Notes: generated by a model from the letters alone, not told the origin. A stretch of 64,000 nucleotides of DNA from Phoronis australis (GCA_002633005.1 NMRA01000177.1:1-64000), one strand, 5' to 3'. Counted from the stretch's first letter, positions 1 through 13,038 are shown. A program made the numbers and translations.

Positions 1-1297
1 CCAACTGGGTGCATTTGGCCCCAGAATTCAAGAAAACCCTGGGCCAGAATTTTTGGGGGATTTTTTGATCGGTAAAAAAGAAAGTTCAATGAAGGTTTTC
101 AGAGAAATTCAGATTGCATTTTCTTCCACCACTAACAGCTGAGGATTTAGCTAACTGCACTTGCACTACTCGGCCTCTTACTAAACGGTGAATACGCCAG
201 TGGCGAATCTAGGATACCACAAGGGGAGCCCAACATGACACCTCGGAGAAATGGGCAAAGCTCGATTGTATGCACAGGTGGCTCGAATGTTGTGGTGGTT
301 GGCGATACGGACCTGGTGTTCCGGAATTCTACCGTTGGGCTCGATATTTTCTCACGCTTCATGCTGTTGCTGTGTAATTTTTGCTTGCACCAGTCATGGG
401 GGCCCCTTGGCCTGTACGCAATCATCACCTAGTAACAATTAACAATCACCCGAAATACATTTTAGTTATAAATCTTATGTACAGTCACGATGCATTGAAA
501 TGTTTTCAGCAAAATGTTATTGTTCATGTTTACTATAGATTATACACAACATAGTCTACGATGTTGACCGTAGGCCGATCGGTGAGCCAGACTACTTCTC
601 ATTCATTAAACGATAAGACATGAATAGAACGTTTTCCGTTTGAAATGCACATAAATGAAATCGTGGTCAAAAAGTATATTAGATCATACTTGGGAGAGCA
701 TACAAACCAAATAAATCGATAACTTACTTCAGAAATGGGACTTCTTTGAGTCAATCGAGGTGTCGATGTGCTTTCGAAACCAGCCAACACTGTTTTGCTT
801 TCGGCGACCTTTCACCTCTCTGAGGTCATCAGCCATTTCCAAATAAGGCACCGCAATGCATTTTGGGACTGTAATGTCGGACTTGACGAGCACGAAGGCG
901 TGTCTTTTTGGCCAACTTTCAAACGTAAAGAAAAATACTCCAAACTCATCTAAAACTCACTATATTTACGAAACCTACAAAAAAACTTGTACGCCACGAT
1001 ATGATACAGGTTTCATGCAAGATGAGTAACATTTACTTTCTTATTTTATACAATTTTTCACGTTCCAAGCCACTTTAACTTTTCATCTGTTGATTCCTTT
1101 GTGTGACTGTAAGCTCCGAGTGATCAGCCTAACCACCGGCAGTAGGCAACACAAAAGGCGTGCTTGACAAGTTTAGTAGAGCGTGATTCTAGATTAGATC
1201 GTGATAGTGGATATTTCTTGATTTTTACATTCCAGGAGAATGGTACGTAATGACTAAAACCGTGTTTTGGTGTTTTAAGCCAATCCTCATTCTGTCA

Positions 1298-1512
1298 CAT
1301 GGGCGGCGCAGCACTGAAAAAAGTGGGGGCTATAGCCCCTCAGCCCCTCTGTGGTGCACCGCTCATAGACCATGGGCGTCGGCGTATTGAAAAAGGTGGG
1401 GGCTTAGCCCCCTAGCCCCTCGTGGTGCACCGTTCATAGACCATGCATGGGCGGCCGCGGCGCCGCACTGAAAAAAGTGGGGTCTCATAGCTCCCTATGG
1501 TACGCCGCCCAT
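1298..1512. repeat. Three tandem copies of a roughly 70-bp MITE-like unit (CATGGGCGGCG...CCGC(C/T)CAT)
   Basis: Shared core ACTGAAAAAAGTGGGG..TAGCCCC; an inverted copy lies at about 48224-48294 and a partial one at about 22218. Confidence 0.75.
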
Positions 1513-4246
1513 GTGTCACCTGCTAATGTATCATTGGCGTCAATCTTGAACGATAAACGCAGAAATCAGCTAAAAACTCCTACTCCCTGTGTCAGAGTCT
1601 GGATATTGTGGTCTCTTGGTCTTTCTCTCGCGTCGTAACTGAGTTGAGACAACACCTACCCTAACATTTGGGGTGTGTTATTACAATGCCTAAGCCAGAC
1701 TGTGACCAACCGGTCCTAATCCACAAATTAGTGCACGTGGCTTCAGCCCCGGGCTGAAGAAAAAACTATGTTCGCCAATTTCTCATAGTCTATAAAGCAT
1801 CGATTTTAAAAATTCAACTAAGACAGCTACTATTCACTTTTCAATTTTAAAAACAATCCTAGGACGTATATTACTCCCAGAAACAATCATATGGGTCGTT
1901 TGCCTTACTTCATACTTTGAAAGTTGTATACGGGCCAAACAGGCGTGTTGGTTTACGGCCGCAATTATCTGATGCAGCACGTTCAGTCAAGCCTATGAAT
2001 AGCGACCATCTCACTTCGATCCATGATGGCACCATCAAGACTTTCATGTGCGTAACGCACCCGTGCTGTGAAATGAGTATTCGGATTACACTGATCGGGT
2101 AGTCGGTATACAGCTGTGTCGTCATCAGTTTGACAACGATAGCGAAGGTAGATGGTTGGCCAACCAATGTTTACATAGTTCAGCTCTCTCATTGTCTGAG
2201 TTCATCTGATGCTCACATAATCCAGCAATTATGTTGTAAACAGCGCGCCTGACGCTAACCTATATTTAAAAATACTATTTCCAACATTCTACAAATGTCG
2301 TGAAGAATGTGTTTTGTATGAGATACTATCACCAAAAACTTCGAACGGAGAACAACGGTTAACTTTCAGAGAAATTAAACTTGACTTTCAACTTCCGATT
2401 CCGTTGTGAGACTGTAACTAGCTCTGACCTCCTTACTACCACAGCATTGTGTACCAACACAATAGGCTTGTTTGTCGAGTTGAATCGAGCGTGACACTTG
2501 ATCAGATGGTGGTGGTGTAGGTTTTAACAGTCCAGGGGAATGGTACGTAACGTGCCAAGGACTTCGCTAGAAACTCTGGTGGTAAACAGTGCACGCTTTC
2601 TCATCCACTTGCGTGCAAATCCTGTTTGCGTAAGATTTGCCTCATGATTCACTGAAAGCTTTGGTCTCGCTTGCCCATTTAACAGACTTTGAAAACAGTT
2701 TTCAAAATGTCCTCCAAACTTTTGAGGGTTGTCAACGGTTGGGGGAGTTACAGAGAATTGGATTGATAAGTCTTTAATAAGTTTTTAATATCTGTTAATA
2801 GGCCAAAACAGGGATTGGTATACGTAATATTCGCCAGTCACAACCATTAACGAAGTAAAGACAAAGGGAACCATTTGATGTAGGCAGCCTGAGTTGGCAA
2901 CACGTCCCTACCTAGGCAACACGTGGCCCCTCTAGTGGTTGGCAAGAGGCTACAACGCTCCCCATCAGTTTCTGTATTTATCTCATTCTGTATATTTTAA
3001 AAGGGCAGTAGTTGAAATTCGGAATTCAATAAGAGCTTTTCACCTGGTCAAAAATGCATTTTACACTTAGTCTAGAATTGTACCTTAAAAACTAACGCGC
3101 TTAACTTCAGTCTTCAGCAATCATTTCTGGTTCTGTGCACATCCTCGGTTAAGCATGTTTACGGTCAACGGGAATTAAGTTGACTTTGACGAATAATTGC
3201 AACTCCACTTTTTTGGTCGCTGTTAACTTTCTCACCGCACGCAAATAACCACAAAATATTTCAACTGTCGTTCCGTGAGTTAGGCTACAACAAACACTTG
3301 CTAGCAGAAGCATGGGAAGATATCCTTGAACTTTTTGTTCATGACTGGAGTGACTTCGCGTAACTTCCTCAAAATTGCACCCGACGAGGGAAGTTCGAGT
3401 GAACCTTGACAGATTTTCGTGGATTTTTTTCAAATTGTGTTTACTACATTAATTGTCTCCAGAGTCCTGGTGTGTGTTAACTATATCTCAATGCATATGC
3501 ATACTTCAATCGATGTTATTCGCTGTATTTTGAAATGAGTTACCGGAGTCCGCGGGAGATGCAATTGCCTAGTCTCTACCCTGCAGCCTCTCCTTTGAGA
3601 GAGGCACTCAGGGACCAATTCAGTACCTGAGCAACCTGGCAAACTAGCACCCAGGACGACACCCCCCTCAGGTATACAAATGTCCTCCAGAGCTAGGGAA
3701 ACAACTACCGGCAAGATGTCGCTTTAAAGTCGGTTTATGGACATAACTATCACAAGCACAGATGATTTCTTAATTCTAAGAGGGCCAAATGTCTAAGTGA
3801 GCAAAAAACTATCATTCTGAAACATTGAACGACTGTGGACCTTCATTTTGTGACTTTCGTTGTCTATTAGTATTTGTTTTCTGAATGTTTCATCCTAGGA
3901 CAAAAATCCTACTAAAAACTGATATACACTTATGAATTGTGTTCATTTTCTCAATTTCCAGGAAATTAGGAGCAAAAACAGATGCTACTTTTACTTTCTT
4001 GAGTAGTTTACCATCCTAATGAATAAGAGGTTACCGTAATTGCACAATATGAAATAACACAAATTTTCCTATTGTAAAAGGGTTGGCCACCTCAGTCAAA
4101 ATTGGTGTCTTTTTGTCACTCTTGTATAGTTTATGCCAACGCAACAAATAACCTATTTCGATATGGCAGTGTTATATTACAGGGGAAATAATGTATCTTT
4201 CATTGAAATTGCAGGACTTCGTCAATGCTGGTGCCCTTTCTAATAA

Positions 4247-5113
4247 ATGGCATCACGAGCGTCTTGCACCAATCTTGGCAAGTACTTGAAACTGTGGAAA
4301 TGTCCGCCTGTTCTAGCGGTGACGCAAGACGGAATTCACGGTCAGCACACGTGCTCCAAATGGCCTCATGACGTCAAGCCCGTGGTTCTCATGCTTCCGT
4401 GGCTCAATGCAGGCGTGAATGCCGTGGGACGTTATCGTCAACTGTATCATAACTATGGCCTCGACGTTATTACTGTCAACATTGACCCACAGCACTTCTT
4501 GTGGCCTCCTTTGGCCAAAAATATAACTGAGGAGTTAACAAGATACTTCACAGATGTTGAGAAAGATCGTTTAGTGTTGGTCCATTCTTTCTCCCTGGGG
4601 TCGTACCTTTACTCGGTTTGGCTCAGTGAGTTTCTGGATGACTGCCGTCAGTTTGCTCATATAAAGAATAGGATTTGCGGACAGGTGTTCGACAGCATAA
4701 CCATTGGAGGGTTGGCTAAAATGGCAGAGGGTGTTGGCAGAGGTCTTTCAACCAACGATGCCCTCCAACGCCTCGTCAAAGGAACGCTGATGTTGTATTT
4801 TGCGCTTTCCAAGAACGTCACTGTGAAGTCGTATGACAAGTACATTGAGGCATTTTGGAACAATCCAGTGAAATCGCCAATTCTGTTCTTCTATTGTTGG
4901 AATGATCCCATGTCGGATGGTACTGAAGTTGAGAAGGTGATAGCGTGTTTGCAAGAAGGTGGTAACAAACAAATAGTGAAGAAGGATTGGGAGAGATCGC
5001 GTCACGCGGGTCACCTAAAGGAACATCGCGAAGATTATGTTCAGGTTTTTGACGAATACATGACTTTGCTGGTGAAAGATGTTAGTGAGAGTCATCTTAA
5101 GGCGAATCTTTGA
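4247..5113 (+). CDS. TMEM53-like / DUF829 alpha/beta-hydrolase-fold protein, single coding exon, 288 aa
   Basis: Motif order typical of DUF829/TMEM53: PVVLMLPWL, LVHSFSLG (nucleophile elbow), GQVFDS, PILFFYCWNDPM, SRHAGHL. In-frame TAA TAA just before the ATG; acceptor ttgcag ending 4214; AATAAA near 5419. Orthology to TMEM53 itself not established. Confidence 0.8.
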   Translation: MASRASCTNLGKYLKLWKCPPVLAVTQDGIHGQHTCSKWPHDVKPVVLMLPWLNAGVNAVGRYRQLYHNYGLDVITVNIDPQHFLWPPLAKNITEELTRYFTDVEKDRLVLVHSFSLGSYLYSVWLSEFLDDCRQFAHIKNRICGQVFDSITIGGLAKMAEGVGRGLSTNDALQRLVKGTLMLYFALSKNVTVKSYDKYIEAFWNNPVKSPILFFYCWNDPMSDGTEVEKVIACLQEGGNKQIVKKDWERSRHAGHLKEHREDYVQVFDEYMTLLVKDVSESHLKANL

Positions 5114-6912
5114 ACTAGAGTGTACGAGGATGTAGTTGCTTGCTCTGAGTTGCCACTGATGGCTGTTTAGTTATTTCAACCAAACTGATTGCCATGATGT
5201 CTATATGAATTGAAATTTAAGGTAATAGGATATTTTAATTACCTAGGATCCAATGTCTTAAATTACTTTTAAACTATAGAAGCCAATGCCCAAATGTTTG
5301 CAGCCCTGGGGGTGGGCATGTTTGTGGCTGGTTTTTATAGCCCATCCTTCCAGAGATAAAATTATTTTATTTACTATATCTGTTCTCTTACATTGTACTG
5401 TAACTCTCTTCTAGTCACAATAAATGACCTATTTACGTCAACCTCTCGTCTCCTTTTCACCTCTGGAAACGACCTTCCGACGCACGATTTTGTCTGGTCC
5501 ATGTGTCGAACATAAAATAGTTTAATACATACTTAGAGATTAGGGCGAACGGAAACAAAATATTTTGAAGCGGCTATCAACCTGTCTTCTGCCACACAAA
5601 TTAATTTTTGATTTAGACTTACTTAATAGGTCTCAAATTGTTCCTTAGTTAAATTTGAGGTGATTCGGTGGCTTGAAAAGAATTAACTGCTTATCACTGC
5701 TTAAGAGCAGGCTCTACAACTGTCTTCTCATTGTGTGCGGGGGGCATGGTTTCAAGCAATAACAAACTCGGGTTTTTCAACACTCAGAAGAAACCACTTC
5801 TCAGCTGAGTTTGAGATATCTATTTCGTAGTGATGAGTGGTCTGAATCAAAAATTAGTTTTTTGAGGGAGCGCAAGTTTGTAGGCTCTTGAAAAGCTGCA
5901 TCCAGCCCAATCTTGGAAAACCATTGTTTCAGTTGGTTCGTGTTTTCTCTTTTGTCGTTTTAATACACGATAAAACCACGGAACAATGGGAGTTTATCGA
6001 TTGGTTCATCCGAATGATTCGTCATCGCTAATTTCATTTACTCCAGTTTGAAGTTTGCTTGACCTAATTAGCGCTGCCCGTGGGACTTGGGTGTTTTTGT
6101 TGAGGAATTTGACAAAACAAAATTCTTGTTTTTCATTATACTAATTTTACAGCGGCTGCGAATAAATGTAACTAAACCAGCATGGTTTATTGTGAAATTG
6201 AGTAATGACGTTCATGTGTGACAATGCATCTCTTAATAAATGTCACTGAGTTGCTTAATATTCATAGGGTAAAACTGTCGTGTACACTGAACATTTTATT
6301 GTTACCTTCAAGTTACTTGTCACATCGGTATAGTTCAGGATTAATCAACTTTTTTGTAAGTTAGATACGAAAATTAAGACTCTTACAGTATAAACAATAC
6401 ATTTCAGCTCAAAATAATGAACGTAACAAACGTGACAAAATTTGAGGAGCCAGTTTCTTAAAGTACTTAATATACTGTTTATGTAATGAATTTTAACTCA
6501 AAGAATTCCAATAAAACATTTCCTAGGCTTTTGTGCGGAGCATGTGCCGTTCCTTAGCAACTATTGCGATCATAGTCGATGTACTGGCTCCGGAACGGTC
6601 TGTTGGTCAGTTTCTTTAGACATCTACTGAATTCGTAGTCGCACGAACACTGTGCTACTCGGCATTCTACGTTCTTCCACGTCGGCTCGTACATGGCATA
6701 GAATTCAGATTTAGCTGAAAGTATCAAATCATTTGTTTTTGTTAAAATAAAACAAACAAAGCCAGCTTCCACGATAAGGGATCATTCACAGAAACGTTCA
6801 GTTTCTGGAGATCTCAAGACAATTGTCTGCATCCTCGTGGTCAAACGAGATGGATCGTGCGACTAAATGGGACGCGAATGTGTTGAAGTAAAGCAAAAGT
6901 GCAGCGTAATTG

Positions 6913-7127
6913 CACGCGCGCACCAAGGGGGGGGGGCTCGGGGGGCTTGAGGCCGAGAAAACGAGACAAAAAGTACACTAAAAAGGCGCAAACGCACAAT
7001 TCAGAGTTCTGGATGTGGTACCCCGTTTTTGTTTTTGTTTTTTTTAGTCCTCCGGCTTTTTTGTCGGTATAAGGTCCACACCGTCGGAAATTCGAGCCCC
7101 CCCATATTAAAGGCTGGGTGCGCGCGT
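6913..7127. mobile_element. Short MITE with G/C tracts
   Basis: Inverted ends CACGCGCGCACC / GGTGCGCGCGTA; internal similarity to about 20280-20364. Confidence 0.6.
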
Positions 7128-10100
7128 ATGAATTGGTTCTGGTCATTTTTTCTAATCGGTGTTTACAACGAGCCATAGCACATATCTCATGAGGACATTT
7201 TGCTATTGAACCATGTGTTCAGAAATTTGTGCCCCTTCTTGATTTCAGGCATTTGTGGAGGAAAATGTTCTTTTTTGGGCTACTCGTCCTTTGTTTCTCC
7301 GGAAACTTTGACTGAACTTCAAAATAGTATGCTTACGAAGTACCATAGCCCATTTGGTCGGCATTTTGCAATTTTACCGTAATTTCCTGAATTGTGACCT
7401 GCACTGTGATTTTCATACGTCCATGTTGAGAAGTACTCTTCTGTATACATAAAGCAATAGCCGAGAACCTTGAGCGGGGGTAAGGGGCAAGTTTCAAAGT
7501 GAGTTGGTCTAAACCTAGAACCACTCATGTTACTTTTCCGTAGGCTGCGGATGTTAGCCAATGAGAGAATTGATACGTGTATTCGATATGAACTTCATGG
7601 TAAAAACTTGACAACCTGGGTCTTCCACAATACTCAATATAGACATCCAGAGATCACCGATGTAAATTTACAAATAGTCTATTTTTCACGGTTATCAATG
7701 ACAGAAATATCTATTGAGTTCAAGCGCTGACAGCCGTGTGACAATTAGGCAATTACATCGCCCTGGATGCCGCCAACCGAGGGACTAGTTTTGCCTATGT
7801 GACAAATAGCATAAACCCGCCTTTCTGAGGCACAAACAACGACTTTTGATGTCAAATCACTACACCGTCTGAGACCAATATTTGTAGCGGTGGGCGGCCT
7901 GAGCGGTCAAACGTTCACTTCCTGGACGATTCGTTGTACAGAGAATACGTTGGTTCGCTGCCCGAGCAAAAGATGGAGTTAATATTTCACGATTTCGGAT
8001 ATGTCGTGCTTAAGCTATTTTTCTCGCATATTTTTAAAAAATCACTCACTGCACTTTTGTTTTTTATTGATGCACACCTTCGTCAGGTACGCTGTGGGCT
8101 CGTTTGGAAAGTCAATACCAATACAGGCTTCGTTCACCAATGAACGGTAACAGTTCTCGTGCGCTTGACAACATCTGCAAAAGAGCAAACGTAAAAATAG
8201 ACCATGTAAAAATATTTCTCAAGTCGTTTGCAGTTACTCTGTGCCATTGTTGTTGGAAGCTTGGTAAATATTGTGTAACATTTTTTTTTAATTTGAGAAG
8301 AAGTTTATAACAACAACAGACAAGAACAGAAACAGCTGTGTAATTCAACTGACCTTCGGGTTTGCTAAAGAACGTGAGTTTAAGAGGCCTGGAACGCGAA
8401 AACTCGTAAAAAGTAGGTATCGTTGTGGCGAATGTACTTCATGGAATGCTAACGTGAGGGGTATTTTTTATCAAAAATCATGTACGTCCTATTTTTGATT
8501 GCCTTTCATGAACAAGTGTAACATAAAAAAAACTATTTCTAATTGAAAGCCTTCTGCACAACAGCGCATTAAGTATAGTACAGGTCTGAAAGTTTCATTT
8601 CTGGTATATGGTGTTCCGAATTTGGCTAAAATTTTTCTAGAACCTTACATAACCGTAAGAGCAGATATCGTTTACTGATTAAACGTTCTTAAAATGGTTA
8701 TTTACAGCCAAGGATTGGCTCTTCAATTAGTTGGAAGAAAAAAAAGCTTCTTTCCTGGTCAAGAATTTGTTATTGATGAGGACATCGATAAATATACGTG
8801 TGACGAAACAAGCAAGCATATAACGACACTGTACTTATCGAATGCATCTTTAGGGTTTCCTTTGCCGTTTGAAAAATCCAGATCGCAGTAACAGCCGTAG
8901 GGAGTTCCTAGTAGAATCGTGGCGTTCTCCCGCGGGTAGGCGCACGTGACCAAATCAATGGCGTCCCCATAGTATGGAGTGTTGTGGTTTCCCCAGACTG
9001 AAAACGGAAAGACAATTGCGGGTTTCAGTGAGCGGTTCGGGAAGAAGCTGCATCACCTTACAACTTCACCGCGGGTTTCCCGGGAGTAATTCAAGTGCAT
9101 TTTCACGTTGCTGTTCCTCTTGGAAACATTTTGACTGCGTTACCGAATTATGGGCCCTGGCCCTGTACCATGGACATGTAGAGCACGCTCGTGCCTCGTA
9201 CGCGTAATTATCCTGAAATCCGCAACAATCGTTGAACTTCATAAGGAATGTGTGGAAACAGTTCCCAAATCTCCTTCCTTTAGGTGAGTTGTAAAGGTTT
9301 TTGGTTTTAGTTGCCAAATTACTAAAAGTAAAGGACTTTTAAAGTGGCTACAAATTTTTGATTTGGACCACCCATAGCTATGAAATTGGTCTCAACTTGA
9401 GAAGTGATTTTTGGTCTTTCGACCGTCACCTGAAATTTGCATTGTTCAGCTCATAGTATGAGCTTGATATGTCTGTTCTTCCCAAAGCTATACATCATTT
9501 CTAAACTGAGCAAGGGACAAGGTAATGATAACGATAAATGTCGTAATGAAAAACTTGTTTTCGACAGAAAGTACGGTTCAACGCCGCTTGAAAGCTGCAC
9601 TATTATTTTAGTGGCAGCGCCGGAAATGTAACCCTATCGAAATATGAAGTCATTTTTTCCAACAGCATAAGGAGAGCAAATGTAGTTGTGATTAATAATG
9701 CGTTCAAAATAAAAATGGAAATGCTACTCAAAACAGTTGTTCTTGCAAAAACTTACGTTGACCATACGCCTGTAACATAAGCGAGATTGCAAATAATACG
9801 AGAGTAAGAAGACGCCGAACAGACATCTTGACATATAGTCCGCTAATCGGCTTGGGTATCTGTTTCCGTTTTACAACAGAAACGAAGTCGTTGAATTTAA
9901 TTTAACCAAAACACCTGCAAGTTCTTTAAAGTTTCCGCAGTCATATCAATCTTTAAACGCACCTTGCGCACAATTTCATCATTAACTTTAGTGCGAACTG
10001 TTCCAGCCGGCACTAAGAATAAAAATCCCCTCGTTTAAAATTCTGCTTCCCGAAATGGTCTCCGAACCTCCAGTTTTTATGTAATGTCTGTGACAAAGTG

Positions 10101-10365
10101 AAAACCATGCTGTACAATTTCCAAACATCCACCACATGTAGGTTTACAAAGCTGTCGGTAGATGGCAAAGCACTCAGCAGAGTTCTTTTCAAACAAACAA
10201 AACCAACCAAGTGACATAAACAAAGACATAGAAGTCTGGACATATTTATTGTGACATTTCTGCTTGATGTCAAAATTTCCATTCATACGCATTTTGAGTA
10301 AGCGTTTAAATATCATTGTAATCATCAACTATTGTTTATAGCTAGACACGTGACTATTTTATCAA

Positions 10366-10581
10366 TTATGTCGTCTGCCTTTCTATGACTTTATTGATAT
10401 GTTGTCCAATGTCCGCTATTATCTTGTCATCATCCTTGTAGTTGCCGGAGTCCAACATAGCCTTCCTCTCCTGAACAAGGTTTCTTAAAATCGTCTTGTA
10501 TTCGTAAGCGTACTTGACAGTTGGTGCCATGGTGCGTTTTTTTCTTTTTCTGTTGAAGGGCTTTCCTCGAGCCTTAAGGAA
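10366..10581 (-). CDS. Terminal exon with CEP120-like C-terminal motif
   Basis: FLKARGKPFNRKRKKRTMAPTVKYAYEYKTILRNLVQERKAMLDSGNYKDDDKIIADIGQHINKVIERQTT-stop; ggcag| acceptor; AATAAA on the minus strand at 10245-10250. Confidence 0.75.
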   Translation of the reverse strand, partial: FLKARGKPFNRKRKKRTMAPTVKYAYEYKTILRNLVQERKAMLDSGNYKDDDKIIADIGQHINKVIERQTT

Positions 10582-11412
10582 CTGCCAAAGTCAAGACGAA
10601 GCAAAATTAATATACTTTGTATAGTCCATTCTTAGACCAGTTCTTTCTGAACATAGCGGCTTTTATGATGAAATAATATATGACGCTTAGGTTTATCGAA
10701 GGTTAATAAACCAGGATGGTCAGAGAATCAAAAAACGGAGAAATACGCCGTCTTGGGGGAAGCTTTCACATTCGTGTCGAATATGGGAGGATGGATTAGA
10801 GAGAAAATTTGTTCTAACACCATCATAGGAAAACGATAACGTTTGTCGCTGCAGAGCCAACTGGCCGGCCAAGCAAGTTTAGCTTTTAAGCTTAAAAGTT
10901 ATTTGAGTTAGTTTTCTGGCAATGACGACATAGAACATGATATGAGAACTTCTGTGTATGCAACACGTTTGCTCGCCCGTATAATCGGGTCTACACACAT
11001 ATGTTTGTCTTTCAGACCTCATCCGAAACATAGCTCGGACTGTCGTTGGGAAGGACACACCTTATGGGAAGGACGGAACTTGTGTTGGTAAGGATGGTGT
11101 TATTAGTACGTCATTAAAACTTGCACCGGAAGTCAGCTTTTGAAGTGGACATCGTAAGCAATACCCCCTGCAACTTTCAGGAGTGATGATATTGTGGATA
11201 AAGATTAAGCTTTTAACATGTGATGGGATTCATTAAATTATATTGAGGACGCAATATGAAAAAAGGTTTCTCCTTCCCATCTGCAGTCTAAGCTTCATTT
11301 TGAACGATAAGGCCAGAGCTAAGTTGAATAAAACTTTATAAAAAAAATGATAACTATAATTAGTGCATTACGTCACTACCATTTTCCAAAGAAGACGGTT
11401 GCGATTACTTAC

Positions 11413-11512
11413 GATACTATGTAACGGACGCGGAAGTGGTTGTTTTACCCAATAGGCAGTTTGACCGTCAAGTAACGGTGCATTGCAAATCAACTTGGTT
11501 AGCAACCCAGAA
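11413..11512 (-). CDS. Predicted 100-nt linking exon (SGLLTKLICNAPLLDGQTAYWVKQPLPRPLHSI)
   Basis: tttcgtttcag| and |gtaagt; open in the required phase 2 to 0. Confidence 0.55.
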
Positions 11513-12087
11513 CTGAAACGAAATTTATAAGAATAGTCAACTCTTTCGTCCGTTTACGTAGCAAGAATTTGTAGTTATCCAAACATTTGCTTTTGCTTAA
11601 ATTTGTGACATTCGCTATGCCTGGCACAAATTATCAAGATGAAATTGCAACCATCCTGACCTTTAAACGATCTTACAGGTTTGGCGTCCAAAGTAACTGA
11701 GAGAAGGGACCAAACACATTGAGTTGTTTCGAGTGTTGTCTTTCACCTCTCTAAGTTGCCATGGTGACATTCCAGGTGGTGTCCACAGCTGTTCGCGTGA
11801 TTTGGTATCGAAATAACGTGAAATAGCTATCACAGTGTGTTGTGTGTGCCATATATACAAGCACATGTGCACATTGCTTAGAATTTTCGCAGAAGCCAAA
11901 AGGATAGTAAACTATTGTAGAGACGGTCACAGATCTAAAAAAGGCTCTCAGTTTCCCAAAACAAGAGCTCTTCGACTTTTCATATTACTGTGCAACCAAT
12001 TGAGACATGAAAAATGTATATCTACCACATATGTCACAATAGGACAGGATGTCATCGAAAGCTAAAGTGAAATGTCTAAAACAGTAC

Positions 12088-12722
12088 CTCTGAAAATTTG
12101 AGGACTTAACGGGCAGTTTCTCAGTCGATGGCGACTTTTTGGCTTCGTCAATAAGTAAGATGAGCCACTTATCAACTTCATGAAACAACTGCGACTGTTC
12201 CATCTCACGTTGAGTTAGAAATTCTTCGCGATTTCTCAGCCGAGGAGATCTCTCTTCCGATATGTGGTAAGGTGATGTAACCTTTATCATACGAAGTTGT
12301 TCGTCGGGGCTTCGACGTTTATTCGCGTCTTTTGTTTTACGCTTGCCAGATGACCGAGATCGTTTCTCTCGCACCAAGGCACTGCGTGTCTTTAGAGGCG
12401 GTGGCTCCGAAACATGAATGTAATCAGTTGCACTCAACATTTTGGTCGGGGTTCGCTTAGTCTGCGGCTTTCTTATTCGGGATCCACTTTTATCTGTTAC
12501 AGTACCTGCCGAACGTAAAGAATATCGATCGTCATCAGACTCAGAGGTACGAAGGCTTCTCTGTTTTGATGGGATCCGTCGGGTCTTTTCCTTATGTTTT
12601 CTATGGGCTCTTCTACCTCGCGACGGCTTGTTCGTTGGTGTGGCGCGTTCTCCAGAGGACGACGCCTCACTTGGGATGACTGAACTGTTCTTTTGACTAA
12701 CGTACTCACATTCATCTTCGCC
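12088..12722 (-). CDS. Next exon of the basic low-complexity protein
   Basis: Part of ORF 11985-12809, same composition; ttattccag| (phase 0) and AG|GTACTG (phase 2). Confidence 0.75.
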
Positions 12723-13038
12723 CTGGAATAAGCAAGAAGTAACATAACAGGGGGCATAGCTGCTATTGTCGCAACTAATTCCAGTATCAGTAAAAGAATT
12801 TATACGCAAACCAAAACTGAACGGAAATGTGTCTGTGGCTGAAATACGGCAAGTATTCCAAGAAGTGGGCGTGCATCTGATTTGGGAGATCAGTTATCAT
12901 GACTTGCATGCGCCACCAATGCTTTTTTGAATATGAGGGATTTCAACGAAAGTTTCTTATACCCAGGAATATTCCGTGCTCAAAATACAGCAGGCCTACA
13001 TGTATGTTTTATACTTTTAAAAGCTAAGCAGACGTGAC

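Noticed and set aside
11663-11899. 78-aa ORF as the linking exon
   Set aside because: No acceptor/donor pair gives the required phase 2 to 0 without a stop; 11413-11512 does.
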